A DNA stretch of 57,929 bases, from positions 1-57,929 of the forward strand of contig CAYOSJ010000001.1 in NCBI GenBank assembly GCA_964406595.1, written 5' to 3'. The notes under the pieces were generated by a model. The model made no database searches. It worked only from the letters and a program-made list of their open reading frames with translations, and was not told the DNA's origin. Position 1 is the first letter of the stretch. Every line of letters begins with the position of its first letter. The position numbers and the translations under genes are program-made. The stretch comes from an uncultured Dorea sp. (GTDB taxonomy: Bacteria > Bacillota > Clostridia > Lachnospirales > Lachnospiraceae). Positions 46,541 to 56,561 of the stretch are shown here, piece by piece.

Positions 46541-49099
46541 ATGATAAAAAATACAAAAAATACAAAAAATACGCAAAAGACACTGCTTATCAGTTTTGTC
46601 CTGTTGATTTTTTTGTATATATGCATGATGTTTGTGCAGTCGCGTTTTATGAGCATGAAAAGTAAGGAGACCATCAGGCAGGTAGGAGAAATCTACATGT
46701 CCGAGGTGAACAGGCAGATGCAGCAGAAGTTTGAAGCGGTTACAGATATCTGGCTGCATGAGGGGGAGGCGATCATCCAGAGAACACCGCCTGAAGAGGC
46801 AGTGTATGGAGAAGAATTAAAGAAAGAGCTGGCAATGAGCACCGATGGAAGAAGTTTCGTATCCCTCGAATTATATAGTGATTCCGGGAATCATGAAGTG
46901 ATATTCGGAACCCCTGTAACGAGTGAAAATCCTCTGGGTGTTCAAAGACTTTTGAAGGAGCAGAATAAATGGATCAGCGGCGGAAGAGACTCAGATGGGA
47001 ATAAGAGAGTCCTGTTTGCGCTGGATGCGTCTTACCCCATGATCGGCGGAGAAACTAGTTCTATGATGGTCCTGAGTTTGCCGATGGAAGAATTAGAGAG
47101 AGTGCTTGTACTGGATGATGACAGATCTCTGGCAACTTCTATGATTATTCGTGCAGATGGAACTTTTATTGCGCAGAATGGAGATATAGCGGAAGAAAAT
47201 TATTTTGACAATCTCAAAGAAAACATAGAAAAGCTGGATAAAAAAGAATCTGAAGATTATGTACAGGAACTCCAGAAAGCAATAGAGGATGGAGAAAATT
47301 ATACAGAACAAATCAGAATGGAAGGAGAGACAAAACATCTCTACTGTATTCCGCTTAATGGAACGGATTGGTATCTGATTTCTGTTATGCCGTATGGCGC
47401 TCTGGAGAATGCAATTAATGATCTGGGAGCTGCAAGACAGTTATCACTGATTGGAATGATAGGTGTTATGTTGGTGGCGATGATCATAGTCTTTGTGCTA
47501 TATTACCAGATGACCCAGGAGCAGTTGAGACGTTTGGAAATAGCCATAAAAGAGGCAGAAAATGCGAATAAGGCAAAAAGCGAGTTCTTGTCTAATATGA
47601 GTCACGATATTCGTACTCCGATCAATGGAATCGTTGGTATGACGACGATTGCTTTAGCGAATGTACGGGATACGGCGAAAGTACAGGATTGCCTGAAAAA
47701 GATTACGCTTTCCAGCAGGCACCTGATTGGACTGATCAATGATGTACTGGATATGTCTAAGATTGAGAGTGGCAGGATTTCTTTGAACATGGATGTGATT
47801 TCTCTGCGTGAAACGATGGAGTCTATTGTCAATATCGTACAGCCACAGATAAAAAGTAAAGACCAGCATTTTGACATCTTTATCCGGGACATTCAGACAG
47901 AGATGGTATGCTGTGACGATGTGCGTCTGAACCAGGTACTTCTTAACCTGTTGTCAAATGCCATTAAGTTTACCGGAAAAGGCGGAGCGATCAGAGTATA
48001 TCTGTCTCAGGAAGAGTCTCCACGGGGATCGGAATATGTAAGATGTCATTTCCGGGTAAAAGATACCGGTATCGGAATGTCAGAAGAGTTTCAGCGGAAG
48101 ATTTTTGAGAGTTTCTCCAGAGAAGACCGGGCGAGAAAGATAGAAGGTACGGGGCTTGGAATGACGATTACCCGTTATATTGTAGAACTGATGGAAGGAA
48201 CGATAGAACTTACGAGCCAGCAGGGCGAGGGATCGGAGTTTCATATAACAGTTGATCTGGAGCGGGCCGAGGAAAAACTCGGGGATATGATACTGCCGCC
48301 GTGGAATGTTCTTGTAGTAGATAACAATCAGGATATGTGCGAGAGCGCGGCGGTTCAATTGAAAGAAATCGGTATACAGGCAGAATGGGCAACCAGTGGA
48401 GAGCAGGCTCTGGAGATGGCAAAGGAACGTTTTAACAAACCAGAGGCATATCATATTGTACTCCTTGACTGGAAGATGCCTGGAATGAATGGACTGGAGA
48501 CGGCGCGCGAACTTCGTAAGGTTATGGGTGAGGATCTGCCGATTCTTATTATTTCTGCATACGATTGGAGTGATATTGAAGAAGAAGCACGTCAGGTAGG
48601 TGTAATGGGATTCATATCCAAACCACTATTTAAGTCTAATCTGTATTTGGAACTTAGCAAGTTTAACGGAGCGAGAGAAGAAGTAGAGATACAGTCGGAG
48701 AAGCAGGAGATCAATTTTGAAAATAAACGCATTTTGCTGGCAGAAGATAATGAACTGAATATGGAAATTGCGAAAGAACTTCTGGAAGACATTGGATTTG
48801 AGGTAGATTGGGCAGAAGATGGCAAGATGTGTACGGAGATGTTTGCAGAATCGGCGGAAGGTTACTACGATGCAGTACTGATGGACATCAGGATGCCTGT
48901 AATGGATGGCTATGCGGCATGTGAGATCATCCGTTCTATGGAGCGAAGTGATGCGGAATTGCCGATCATTGCCATGACAGCTGATGCTTTTTCAGAGGAT
49001 ATACAAAAAAGTACAGAGTTTGGAATGAATGAGCATATAGCAAAACCGATTGATATTGATAAGTTGTATCAGATTCTTGTGCGTTACATAAAAGAATAA
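46541..49099 (+). CDS. Membrane hybrid sensor kinase with two receiver domains (paralog of 43830)
   Basis: 852 aa; same architecture, MSHDIRTPI, NLLSNAIKF, LLDWKMP and LMDIRMP. Confidence 0.92.
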   Translation: MIKNTKNTKNTQKTLLISFVLLIFLYICMMFVQSRFMSMKSKETIRQVGEIYMSEVNRQMQQKFEAVTDIWLHEGEAIIQRTPPEEAVYGEELKKELAMSTDGRSFVSLELYSDSGNHEVIFGTPVTSENPLGVQRLLKEQNKWISGGRDSDGNKRVLFALDASYPMIGGETSSMMVLSLPMEELERVLVLDDDRSLATSMIIRADGTFIAQNGDIAEENYFDNLKENIEKLDKKESEDYVQELQKAIEDGENYTEQIRMEGETKHLYCIPLNGTDWYLISVMPYGALENAINDLGAARQLSLIGMIGVMLVAMIIVFVLYYQMTQEQLRRLEIAIKEAENANKAKSEFLSNMSHDIRTPINGIVGMTTIALANVRDTAKVQDCLKKITLSSRHLIGLINDVLDMSKIESGRISLNMDVISLRETMESIVNIVQPQIKSKDQHFDIFIRDIQTEMVCCDDVRLNQVLLNLLSNAIKFTGKGGAIRVYLSQEESPRGSEYVRCHFRVKDTGIGMSEEFQRKIFESFSREDRARKIEGTGLGMTITRYIVELMEGTIELTSQQGEGSEFHITVDLERAEEKLGDMILPPWNVLVVDNNQDMCESAAVQLKEIGIQAEWATSGEQALEMAKERFNKPEAYHIVLLDWKMPGMNGLETARELRKVMGEDLPILIISAYDWSDIEEEARQVGVMGFISKPLFKSNLYLELSKFNGAREEVEIQSEKQEINFENKRILLAEDNELNMEIAKELLEDIGFEVDWAEDGKMCTEMFAESAEGYYDAVLMDIRMPVMDGYAACEIIRSMERSDAELPIIAMTADAFSEDIQKSTEFGMNEHIAKPIDIDKLYQILVRYIKE

Positions 49100-49104
49100 T
49101 ATAA

Positions 49105-51228
49105 ATGAAAGAGGAAGGGAAAAATGAAATCATGAAACAAGAAGAACATAATGATATCAAACGAAAAATACTGGTTGTAGATGATTCAGAAATGAACCGT
49201 TCTCTTTTGTGTGACATGCTGTCTGGCAAATATGAGATTCTGGAGGCAGAAAATGGACTTGAGGCGTCTGTGATCTTACAACAGAAAGAGCATGAGATCG
49301 CCTTGATGCTTCTTGATATTGTCATGCCTAAGATGGATGGATTTGAACTGTTGGCGGTGATGAATAAAAATGGCTGGATCAAGAGCATACCAGTGATCGT
49401 TATTTCATCAGAAGTAGTCCCATCTTATGTAGAGAAGGCGTATGATCTTGGCGTGCAGGATTATATCAGCAGACCTTTTGACGAGCGTATCGTACAACGT
49501 CGGGTAAGTAATACCTTGTTATTATTTACAAAACAGAAAGAATTGTCCCATCTGGTTGTGGAACAGTTCCAGGAAAGAGAAAATGAAAATACATTGATGA
49601 TCAATATTCTCTCTAATATCGTAGAGTCCCGGAATGGAGAGAGTGGATTGCATGTGATACATATCCGTATCCTGACAGAAATGATCCTGAAGAAACTGTT
49701 GGAGAAGACGGACAAGTACCCAATCTCGAAGAAGGATATTTCTCTTATCTGTAATGCGGCTTCACTCCACGATATCGGGAAGATGACAATACCGGTGGAG
49801 ATCCTAAATAAGCCGGGGAAATTGACTGCGGAAGAGTTTGAGATCATGAAAACGCATTCGTTGGAAGGCGCCAAACTTCTGGAGAGTCTTTCGGTACAGG
49901 AAAAGGAACCGTTGATCGAACGGGCGTATGAGATCTGCCGCTGGCATCATGAGAAGTACGATGGAAGAGGATATCCTGATGGATTAAAAGGAGATGAGAT
50001 CCCGATCGCAGCGCAGGTAGTATCGATTGCAGACGTTTATGATGCACTGCGCAGCAGCCGTGTTTATAAGCCCCCATATTCTCATGAAAATGCAATGGAA
50101 ATGATCTTAAACGGAGAGTGTGGTGTATTTAATCCTATTTTGCTGGAATGCCTGAAGGAACTTTCCGATGACCTGAAAGAAGCATCGCAGGTGAATTCAG
50201 GAACGCATATCTCCAAGACGGAGGTTATACATGCGATAGAAAATCAATTTGAGAAAGGTGATATGGACTTCTCAGGACGGACACTGCGCCTGCTGGAAAA
50301 AGAGAGGATGAAATACCGTTTCTTTGCAAATATTTCTCAGGAGATCCAGTTTGAATATACAAAAGTGCCGAAGATGCTGACGCTGTCTGAATGGAGCGCA
50401 GAGTATCTGAGGATCCCTGAGGTTATTATGAATCCTCAGGAGTCGGTCGTAGGTACAGAGATCTTTCAGAAGGAAGATTTTGAGCAGTTATTGCAGGAAC
50501 TGGAAGATGAAAAATGGGAGAAGAATGTGTTTGAAAGAGAGTATATGCTTTCAATCCATGGGAAAAAACGGTGGAACCGTGTCATTGCAAAATCTATCTG
50601 GAACGAAGAAGAACCACGGGAATTTACCGGAGCCATTGGAAAGATCGTGGATATTCATGATGAGAAAGAGCAGATGAAGCACTTAAAAACCATTTCAGAA
50701 CATGATACGCTGACGGGGCTTTTGAACCATCGGACAGCGAAAAGAAAGATCACAGAGATTCTTGACCAGGATGGGGAGTTGAAGTATATTCTGGTTCTCC
50801 TTGATCTGGATGGATTCAAACAGGCAAATGACCAGTACGGGCATTTGTTTGGAGATGAGGTGCTGAAATATGTGGCGTCTACCTTGTCAGGAGGTACGAG
50901 AAGTGTGGATATTGTTGCCCGTATGGGTGGCGATGAGTTCTTGCTTTTTATGCCTTATAAGGATGAGACGCAACTTCCGGTGGAGCGTATCTTCCACCTT
51001 CTGGACAGTGATTTCAAGGGATTTCATGTCAGTACCAGTATGGGTGTTGCGAAAGCAACGGAGTGTGAAAGGGACTATGGTAAGTTGTTCCACATGGCAG
51101 ATGTGGCATTATATCAGATGAAGAAGAACGGGAAACATGGATATTGTTTCTATGATAAATTCAGTGAAACAATGCAGTCAGTGCTGACATTTGGCAGAGA
51201 AGAAAAAGAAGAAGGAAAGGAGAATTAG
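49105..51228 (+). CDS. Response regulator with HD-GYP phosphodiesterase and GGDEF diguanylate cyclase domains
   Basis: REC (LVVDD, LLDIVMP), LHDIGK, HHEKYDGRGYP, ADVYDAL, DTLTGLLN and RSVD-IVARM-GGDEF; start may be 49132. Confidence 0.9.
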   Translation: MKEEGKNEIMKQEEHNDIKRKILVVDDSEMNRSLLCDMLSGKYEILEAENGLEASVILQQKEHEIALMLLDIVMPKMDGFELLAVMNKNGWIKSIPVIVISSEVVPSYVEKAYDLGVQDYISRPFDERIVQRRVSNTLLLFTKQKELSHLVVEQFQERENENTLMINILSNIVESRNGESGLHVIHIRILTEMILKKLLEKTDKYPISKKDISLICNAASLHDIGKMTIPVEILNKPGKLTAEEFEIMKTHSLEGAKLLESLSVQEKEPLIERAYEICRWHHEKYDGRGYPDGLKGDEIPIAAQVVSIADVYDALRSSRVYKPPYSHENAMEMILNGECGVFNPILLECLKELSDDLKEASQVNSGTHISKTEVIHAIENQFEKGDMDFSGRTLRLLEKERMKYRFFANISQEIQFEYTKVPKMLTLSEWSAEYLRIPEVIMNPQESVVGTEIFQKEDFEQLLQELEDEKWEKNVFEREYMLSIHGKKRWNRVIAKSIWNEEEPREFTGAIGKIVDIHDEKEQMKHLKTISEHDTLTGLLNHRTAKRKITEILDQDGELKYILVLLDLDGFKQANDQYGHLFGDEVLKYVASTLSGGTRSVDIVARMGGDEFLLFMPYKDETQLPVERIFHLLDSDFKGFHVSTSMGVAKATECERDYGKLFHMADVALYQMKKNGKHGYCFYDKFSETMQSVLTFGREEKEEGKEN

Positions 51229-51232
51229 AGAG

Positions 51233-51583
51233 ATGACTATAAAAGAATGTTATGAAGCAATGGGCGCAGATTATAGTGAAGTGGAAAGCCGTCTGCGTAC
51301 GGAAGAACGAATCAGAAAGTTTTTAGGTAAGATTCCAGAGGACAAGAGTTATACACTTCTGTGTGACTCTCTGGAGCAACGGGATATGGAGGAAGCGTTC
51401 AGAGCAGCACATACGCTGAAGGGAATCAGCCAGAATCTTGCTCTGACAAAACTTGGACGGTCAGCAGCGGCGCTTTCAGATCATCTGAGGGACAGGCGGG
51501 AATATACGGAAGATGTGGAAGAATTATTCGCGCAGGTGCAGAAAGATTATAGTGATACGGTAGAGTGTATTCATAAGTTATAA
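51233..51583 (+). CDS. Hpt (histidine phosphotransfer) protein
   Basis: AFRAAHTLKGISQNLAL Hpt motif. Confidence 0.9.
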   Translation: MTIKECYEAMGADYSEVESRLRTEERIRKFLGKIPEDKSYTLLCDSLEQRDMEEAFRAAHTLKGISQNLALTKLGRSAAALSDHLRDRREYTEDVEELFAQVQKDYSDTVECIHKL

Positions 51584-51586
51584 CTT

Positions 51587-51659
51587 CAAAAAATTCCATT
51601 CATATCTTACTTCTGGAGGGGATAACCTCTGGAGGTAAGGATATGAATGGAATTTTTTG
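51587..51659. terminator. Long bidirectional hairpin between hpt and csrA
   Basis: 20-bp perfect outer stem CAAAAAATTCCATTCATATC/GATATGAATGGAATTTTTTG plus a 13-bp inner stem using G-U pairs. Confidence 0.75.
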
Positions 51660-51661
51660 TA

Positions 51662-51883
51662 TCAATTCTCTTTGAGTATCTGTTCAAGCAGGTTCATAGG
51701 AACCGTTTCAGATGCTTTCTTGTTTTCTTCAATGGCATCTTTTAATTCGGAACGAAGAATGGGTATATCCCTGGGAGCGTCAATTGCAAGTTTTACCCAG
51801 TCATTTCCTATATCTGTTATGGTGAGAGTGATATTGTCATTTATAGAAAGGGCTTCTCCTTTTCGCCGTTGTAATATAAGCAT
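51662..51883 (-). CDS. csrA: Carbon storage regulator CsrA
   Basis: MLILQRRKGEALSI...VKLAIDAPRDIPILRSE; next to fliW. Confidence 0.92.
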   Translation of the reverse strand: MLILQRRKGEALSINDNITLTITDIGNDWVKLAIDAPRDIPILRSELKDAIEENKKASETVPMNLLEQILKEN

Positions 51884-51885
51884 CG

Positions 51886-52332
51886 TTACTCATCCTCCTT
51901 CTTAGTGGCTTGTGCAAGGGTATGCTGGAAGGTGTATTCCGGCTGTTCTAAGATGATCTGTTTTGCCTTGCGGTTGACAAGATTGATCACTAAAGGTGCT
52001 TTCAGGTTAACGGTAGATGAAGCGGTAGTATCGCGTATTACACAGATGGCGTAAAAGACAATATCTTCCGGCGAGTCAGCCTGTAACTCTTTCATATCCT
52101 GCTCAGCCAGATCGGGAGCGTATTCAGGAAAGAGCTGGAAAGGATCCATCAATATAAAAGAGAGAGATTCATCTTCAAGGCTTTGAAGAGAAATCATAAA
52201 GTCATTTTCTTCGTCAAAAGAAAGTGGAAGATATTTTGTATAAGTATCAAAACCGATCAGTCCATTGTCGATCTGTATGATATCTGAACTTTCGTATGAA
52301 ACATTTCCAAAATATTTTGCATTTATATTCAT
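51886..52332 (-). CDS. fliW: Flagellar assembly factor FliW
   Basis: GLIGF, LQSLED..LSF..MDPF and TVNLKAPLVIN. Confidence 0.92.
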   Translation of the reverse strand: MNINAKYFGNVSYESSDIIQIDNGLIGFDTYTKYLPLSFDEENDFMISLQSLEDESLSFILMDPFQLFPEYAPDLAEQDMKELQADSPEDIVFYAICVIRDTTASSTVNLKAPLVINLVNRKAKQIILEQPEYTFQHTLAQATKKEDE

Positions 52333-52409
52333 TATATTGTCCTCCTAATAAGAAATAACATTATATTTTTGTAAAGAAAAGTAATTCTATAACAAAAGTA
52401 AGGGCTTTG

Positions 52410-53015
52410 TTAAGCCCTTACATCTAATGGTACATAATCGGGATCTGCACTCGGCGGAACATAGATAGGCCCACCAATATATTCGATTAAAATCTCAGGA
52501 TGTTGTGTGATGGACATTTCTATATCGCCCGGAATAAACTCAAAATTACCGTTTGCAATCTTAAGATCAAAGTTCAACTTATCCATCTCGTAATTAATTG
52601 TCAGATCCGGAGCCTGATAACTAATATCTACCGGCTCAGAAGGAGTAAACGACAATTGGAATTCTCCGGTTGGAGCCTGTGCCCGTTGCGCGAAGATATT
52701 TCCAAGTACGTCATCTCCAATGTCTGCTTTCAGCATAAGCTGTCCCTCCTGCGCCATCTGTGCAGTTGCACTGTAAGCGGCCTCTTTTCCTCTGGTAGCA
52801 GCCTGAGAGACAGCACGGGCAGGAGTAGGCACAACAGAATTTCTTGCCTCGAAAGTATCGAGGTTTAGTTTGACGGGACGGCTTTTGATCGAGAGTCCGC
52901 CCTTGTTCCGGCGGATTTCCAGTTCCGCCTTCGAACTGTGATGCTCTAAACGTGCATCATTAATTTTCAATTCATATTGAATTGGAACGGTTGTAATTTT
53001 TAAAAGTTGATCCAT
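52410..53015 (-). CDS. YviE-like (DUF6470-type) flagellar-cluster protein
   Basis: 201 aa between flgL and fliW; C-terminal IEYIGGP.YVPPSA; assignment by synteny. Confidence 0.7.
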   Translation of the reverse strand: MDQLLKITTVPIQYELKINDARLEHHSSKAELEIRRNKGGLSIKSRPVKLNLDTFEARNSVVPTPARAVSQAATRGKEAAYSATAQMAQEGQLMLKADIGDDVLGNIFAQRAQAPTGEFQLSFTPSEPVDISYQAPDLTINYEMDKLNFDLKIANGNFEFIPGDIEMSITQHPEILIEYIGGPIYVPPSADPDYVPLDVRA

Positions 53016-53051
53016 TTACTATCCCTCCTTTAGATGTAAAATGTGGTACGA

Positions 53052-54074
53052 TTAATCCATAAAGTCAATAAAAGATGGTGACAAGATATTTGTTCCGACT
53101 TTTAAAGCTGCGTTATAAGCATATTGCGCCCATGAAAAATCGCTGATCGCTCCCGCCATATCAACATTGACTACTTTATCATACTGTGTAGCAAGGCTGA
53201 GATCACTTGCTTCCAGACGTTCTTTTGTCGTTGTCAGGAACTCTGTTTTCGTACCAAGTGTTGTAACCTGACTTAAAACATTGTTGTGACCGGCTTCAAA
53301 AGCATTCAAAAGTTCTTTTAATTTATCATAATCAAGAGTAGGATTCTTTACAGGATCTAAAGTATCTGCAATTTCTCCTGCAAGAAGAATCATATTTTTT
53401 GGATTATTATTAGCGTCTGTTCCGTACCCTATGATATTGATTCCTGGAAGGCTTGTATTGAAAGCGCTGGAAGGATCAACCACATTCTGATTATCCATAT
53501 TCAGTCCAAAGCCCATATCGACAAATACAGTTTCTTCGGAGAGTTCATCTAAAACCGCCTGCTTTGTAGTATCGTTCACATCCACTCCGCGGTATGTTAA
53601 GGTCTGGTTTCCGGCATTGTCGGTTTCCAATTTAAATGGAGGGTTGGCACCATCTGCTCCGGCAAACACATATCTGCCCTCATAAGAAGCATTCAGGCTG
53701 AGAAGCATGCTATCCTGTGCACCTCTCCACGCGTCTGCGTAGGTTTGTCTTGTATTCGCAGAACCATTTGTTCCGTTTAAAGATTCGATTCCATAACGTT
53801 TGCTTAAGTTCAGAGCAATGGTACTGATCTGCATGGCAGCGTCTTCCTGAGAGTCCTGAAAAGACTGGGCATTTTCTACCGTATTCAGATAATCCTGATT
53901 CCGAAGATACCGTCTTTCCAATGTAGCAGCACGAAGGGCGCTGGAAGGATCCTGAGAAGCAGTAGCAAACTTGCGTCCGGTCATTACTTTATTTCTGGCA
54001 GTATCCAGATTTGATAAAGAAGTTCCAAGATTGGACTTATAATTTCTTAAAATAGCATTTGTAGTAATTCTCAT
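53052..54074 (-). CDS. flgL: Flagellar hook-associated protein 3
   Basis: MRITTN...TGRKF...DP N-terminus and AYNAALKVG..IL.PSFIDFM C-terminus; follows flgK. Confidence 0.9.
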   Translation of the reverse strand: MRITTNAILRNYKSNLGTSLSNLDTARNKVMTGRKFATASQDPSSALRAATLERRYLRNQDYLNTVENAQSFQDSQEDAAMQISTIALNLSKRYGIESLNGTNGSANTRQTYADAWRGAQDSMLLSLNASYEGRYVFAGADGANPPFKLETDNAGNQTLTYRGVDVNDTTKQAVLDELSEETVFVDMGFGLNMDNQNVVDPSSAFNTSLPGINIIGYGTDANNNPKNMILLAGEIADTLDPVKNPTLDYDKLKELLNAFEAGHNNVLSQVTTLGTKTEFLTTTKERLEASDLSLATQYDKVVNVDMAGAISDFSWAQYAYNAALKVGTNILSPSFIDFMD

Positions 54075-54088
54075 AATAGACCTCCTAA

Positions 54089-55648
54089 TTAACGTCCAAC
54101 TACGCCGGTTCTGTTGATCAGAGTATCAAGCGCTTCGTCCAGAGTCGTCATTAATCTGGCAGCGGCTGTGTAGGACTGGTTATAGTGCATCAGGTTCATG
54201 CCCTCCTCGTCAAGCTGTACTCCAGATACGCCATCCCTGCTGTTGGCGGTCTGGTTCAGAACAGAGATCTGATTTTTCAGAAGTGTCTCGGAGGACTTTT
54301 TATCAATACCAAGATTATTTTCAATATTCGCATAGCAGTTATAGAAACTTCCCCTGTAGAAAGTAGTACCGTCTACAGTAAAATCATGTTCATCGGAGAG
54401 CGATTTGATCATAGCAAGAATATTCTCATTTGCTCCCGATGGGATCGAACCGTTGACAGGCTTCTTGGAAGCCGTGATCGTATAAGTACCATTGGTCCAA
54501 TCATCAGCAATCTTAATGTTAGAAGCACTCCAGCCCTTGGCTGTGTCAATCAGTTCAAAGAGCGGGCGATCCTCGTAACCAGTAATATTTCCTGTCGCAT
54601 CAAGAATCGGAGCCTTATTCATCTCATTGAATTTCTGAGCAAATGTACCGGCAAGAGAATCCAGTGCTTTTTCGTAATATCCCAGACCTTTAAAATCACT
54701 GTTGTCAAAGTCTCCGCTCTTATTCAGCATATCAAGCGTACCTTTTAAGGAACCTTCCCCCAGTGTATCTGTTACATCCACATCATATACACCCGATGCA
54801 TCGGAAAGAGTAAGTGTAACTGGTTCTCCGCTGATATCAGCATCAAGAGAGCCATACAGGTCATCAGAGATCAATGTGTGCTTTCCACCCTTGGTATCTG
54901 TAAAGAACACATCAAGTACTTCGATGGTCTGTCCGGGGCAGATTTCTTTATCTCGATATTTTACAGAGATCGGAAGATAACCGCCTAACTGATCTAAAAG
55001 GTCATTGCGCTGATCCTGTAATTCCAGCGCCGGATTTCCCAGAACCTGTGCATTTTTAATACTGCTGTTCAGATTGCTGATATTTTCCAGAATCTGGTTC
55101 ACTTCATCTACATCTGTAGTTTTGAACCCAGTCGTAAGATCCTCACGGACACCCTCCAGACGTGTCGAGTTATCACGGAACAGATTCAATAAAATCTGCA
55201 TATTGGAACGAACCATCGTATCATAAGTAGCGAAGTCTTTATCACCCTTTTGTTCAGAAAGTGTGGTAAGAGAACTCGTAATAGAAGAAAGTGCTGCACG
55301 GATACCGTCCATGGATGATTCATCAAAAATGGATTCTAATTGCTCAAAGCCTGCCACATGGGAATCCGTAGTTCCGAGTTTTCCAACCTGGGAACGGTAT
55401 TGCATATCAAGAAACGGATCACGAAGCTGTGAAATGCCGGTGATCTCAACACCATAGCCGACCTTGTCTTTACTGGAACTGAAAAAACCGGTGCCATGTG
55501 TATGAAGGCTGGCAATATCAAGTCGCTGCCTCGTGTATCCTACAGTATTAATATTTGCGATATTCTGACCGGTAACATCTAACGCGCGCTGGCTTGCAGA
55601 CATGGCAAGCTGTGCGGTTGTAAATCCGGCAAATGTTGAACGTATCAT
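54089..55648 (-). CDS. flgK: Flagellar hook-associated protein 1
   Basis: LDVTGQNIANINTVGYTRQR and VSGVQLDEEGMNL...YTAAARLM. Confidence 0.94.
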   Translation of the reverse strand: MIRSTFAGFTTAQLAMSASQRALDVTGQNIANINTVGYTRQRLDIASLHTHGTGFFSSSKDKVGYGVEITGISQLRDPFLDMQYRSQVGKLGTTDSHVAGFEQLESIFDESSMDGIRAALSSITSSLTTLSEQKGDKDFATYDTMVRSNMQILLNLFRDNSTRLEGVREDLTTGFKTTDVDEVNQILENISNLNSSIKNAQVLGNPALELQDQRNDLLDQLGGYLPISVKYRDKEICPGQTIEVLDVFFTDTKGGKHTLISDDLYGSLDADISGEPVTLTLSDASGVYDVDVTDTLGEGSLKGTLDMLNKSGDFDNSDFKGLGYYEKALDSLAGTFAQKFNEMNKAPILDATGNITGYEDRPLFELIDTAKGWSASNIKIADDWTNGTYTITASKKPVNGSIPSGANENILAMIKSLSDEHDFTVDGTTFYRGSFYNCYANIENNLGIDKKSSETLLKNQISVLNQTANSRDGVSGVQLDEEGMNLMHYNQSYTAAARLMTTLDEALDTLINRTGVVGR

Positions 55649-55668
55649 ACAATCTCCTCCTAATATAT

Positions 55669-56139
55669 TTAAACTGAACGGCTGGTAAAGTGCATAGGGT
55701 CATCTTTTTTCTTTACGTTACCACCCTGAGAATATACAGATTCTGTTCCGGCGTCATTTGAGAGAGCCGATTGAATCCTGTGCAGATTTAATTCGATCAT
55801 TTCTTTTGCACTTTCACTGACAGACTGGAAAGTAGTGACCTGTTCAGATAACCGGCGGAATAAAGGCTGCAAGGCGTCCGCCGAATCAGCAGGAACTTTC
55901 TCAAGGATCTGTTTGAACGTATAGCCGCCCATACCCATCTCCTGCTGTATCTGTTCCCGCTTCTGCTCCAGTCCGCGCATCTTAAGAACAGCGGCCTGTT
56001 CTTTGTTCATGCATTCTTCTACAAGGATAACCTTATTTGCAATGGCAGCGTCTAGTTTTTTCTGCTCAATGGGGATCAGTTCCTCGAAAAGTTGGATAAA
56101 CTCTTCGATCGTACCAGTAAATTCCACAAATTTATCCAT
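55669..56139 (-). CDS. flgN: Flagellar export chaperone FlgN
   Basis: Helical 156-aa protein between flgM and flgK. Confidence 0.75.
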   Translation of the reverse strand: MDKFVEFTGTIEEFIQLFEELIPIEQKKLDAAIANKVILVEECMNKEQAAVLKMRGLEQKREQIQQEMGMGGYTFKQILEKVPADSADALQPLFRRLSEQVTTFQSVSESAKEMIELNLHRIQSALSNDAGTESVYSQGGNVKKKDDPMHFTSRSV

Positions 56140-56145
56140 CGTATA

Positions 56146-56454
56146 CTATACCTCCCCAAGCAAAAGGATCTTTGAAGCAATAGATCTGGAATCAATGTGG
56201 TAAGCACCGGCTGCAACCTGCGTCTGGAGATTGTTCACTTTCTCCTCGGAAACATTGCCGGAAACTGCATGGAGCAATTGTTTCGAAACTGCTTCTGAAA
56301 ATGTCCGCTCTTCAATCTGTCTTGGATCAGACTGGATCGTGAGTGCATCAAAATTATGTCCTGTATTAGAAATAGAACGAGTTGCAGAGGTTTCTTTTGT
56401 ATGCATATTCACATCTGTGTAGTTTCTGACTAAATGGTTGATAGATATTTTCAT
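56146..56454 (-). CDS. flgM: Anti-sigma28 factor FlgM
   Basis: C-terminal EEKVNNLQTQVAAGAYHIDSRSIASKIL. Confidence 0.85.
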   Translation of the reverse strand: MKISINHLVRNYTDVNMHTKETSATRSISNTGHNFDALTIQSDPRQIEERTFSEAVSKQLLHAVSGNVSEEKVNNLQTQVAAGAYHIDSRSIASKILLLGEV

Positions 56455-56506
56455 ACAAATCCCTCCTTTCTATGAATCTATATCCTTTGAAAGATTTATA
56501 TTATTA

Positions 56507-56533
56507 CTATCGACAGAAGGCCGGAAAAAATAA
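56507..56533 (-). promoter_or_regulatory. sigmaD/FliA-type promoter for the flgM operon
   Basis: Minus TTAT-15 bp-GTCGATAG versus consensus TAAA-N15-GCCGATAT. Confidence 0.65.
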
Positions 56534-56561
56534 CGAAAACTTTTCATAATATTCCGGTCGA

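Noticed and set aside
46546-46572. AAAAATACA x3 at the start of kinase 2 as a phase-variable tract
   Set aside because: The 9-bp unit preserves frame and lies in the short cytoplasmic N-tail, so slippage would not switch expression.
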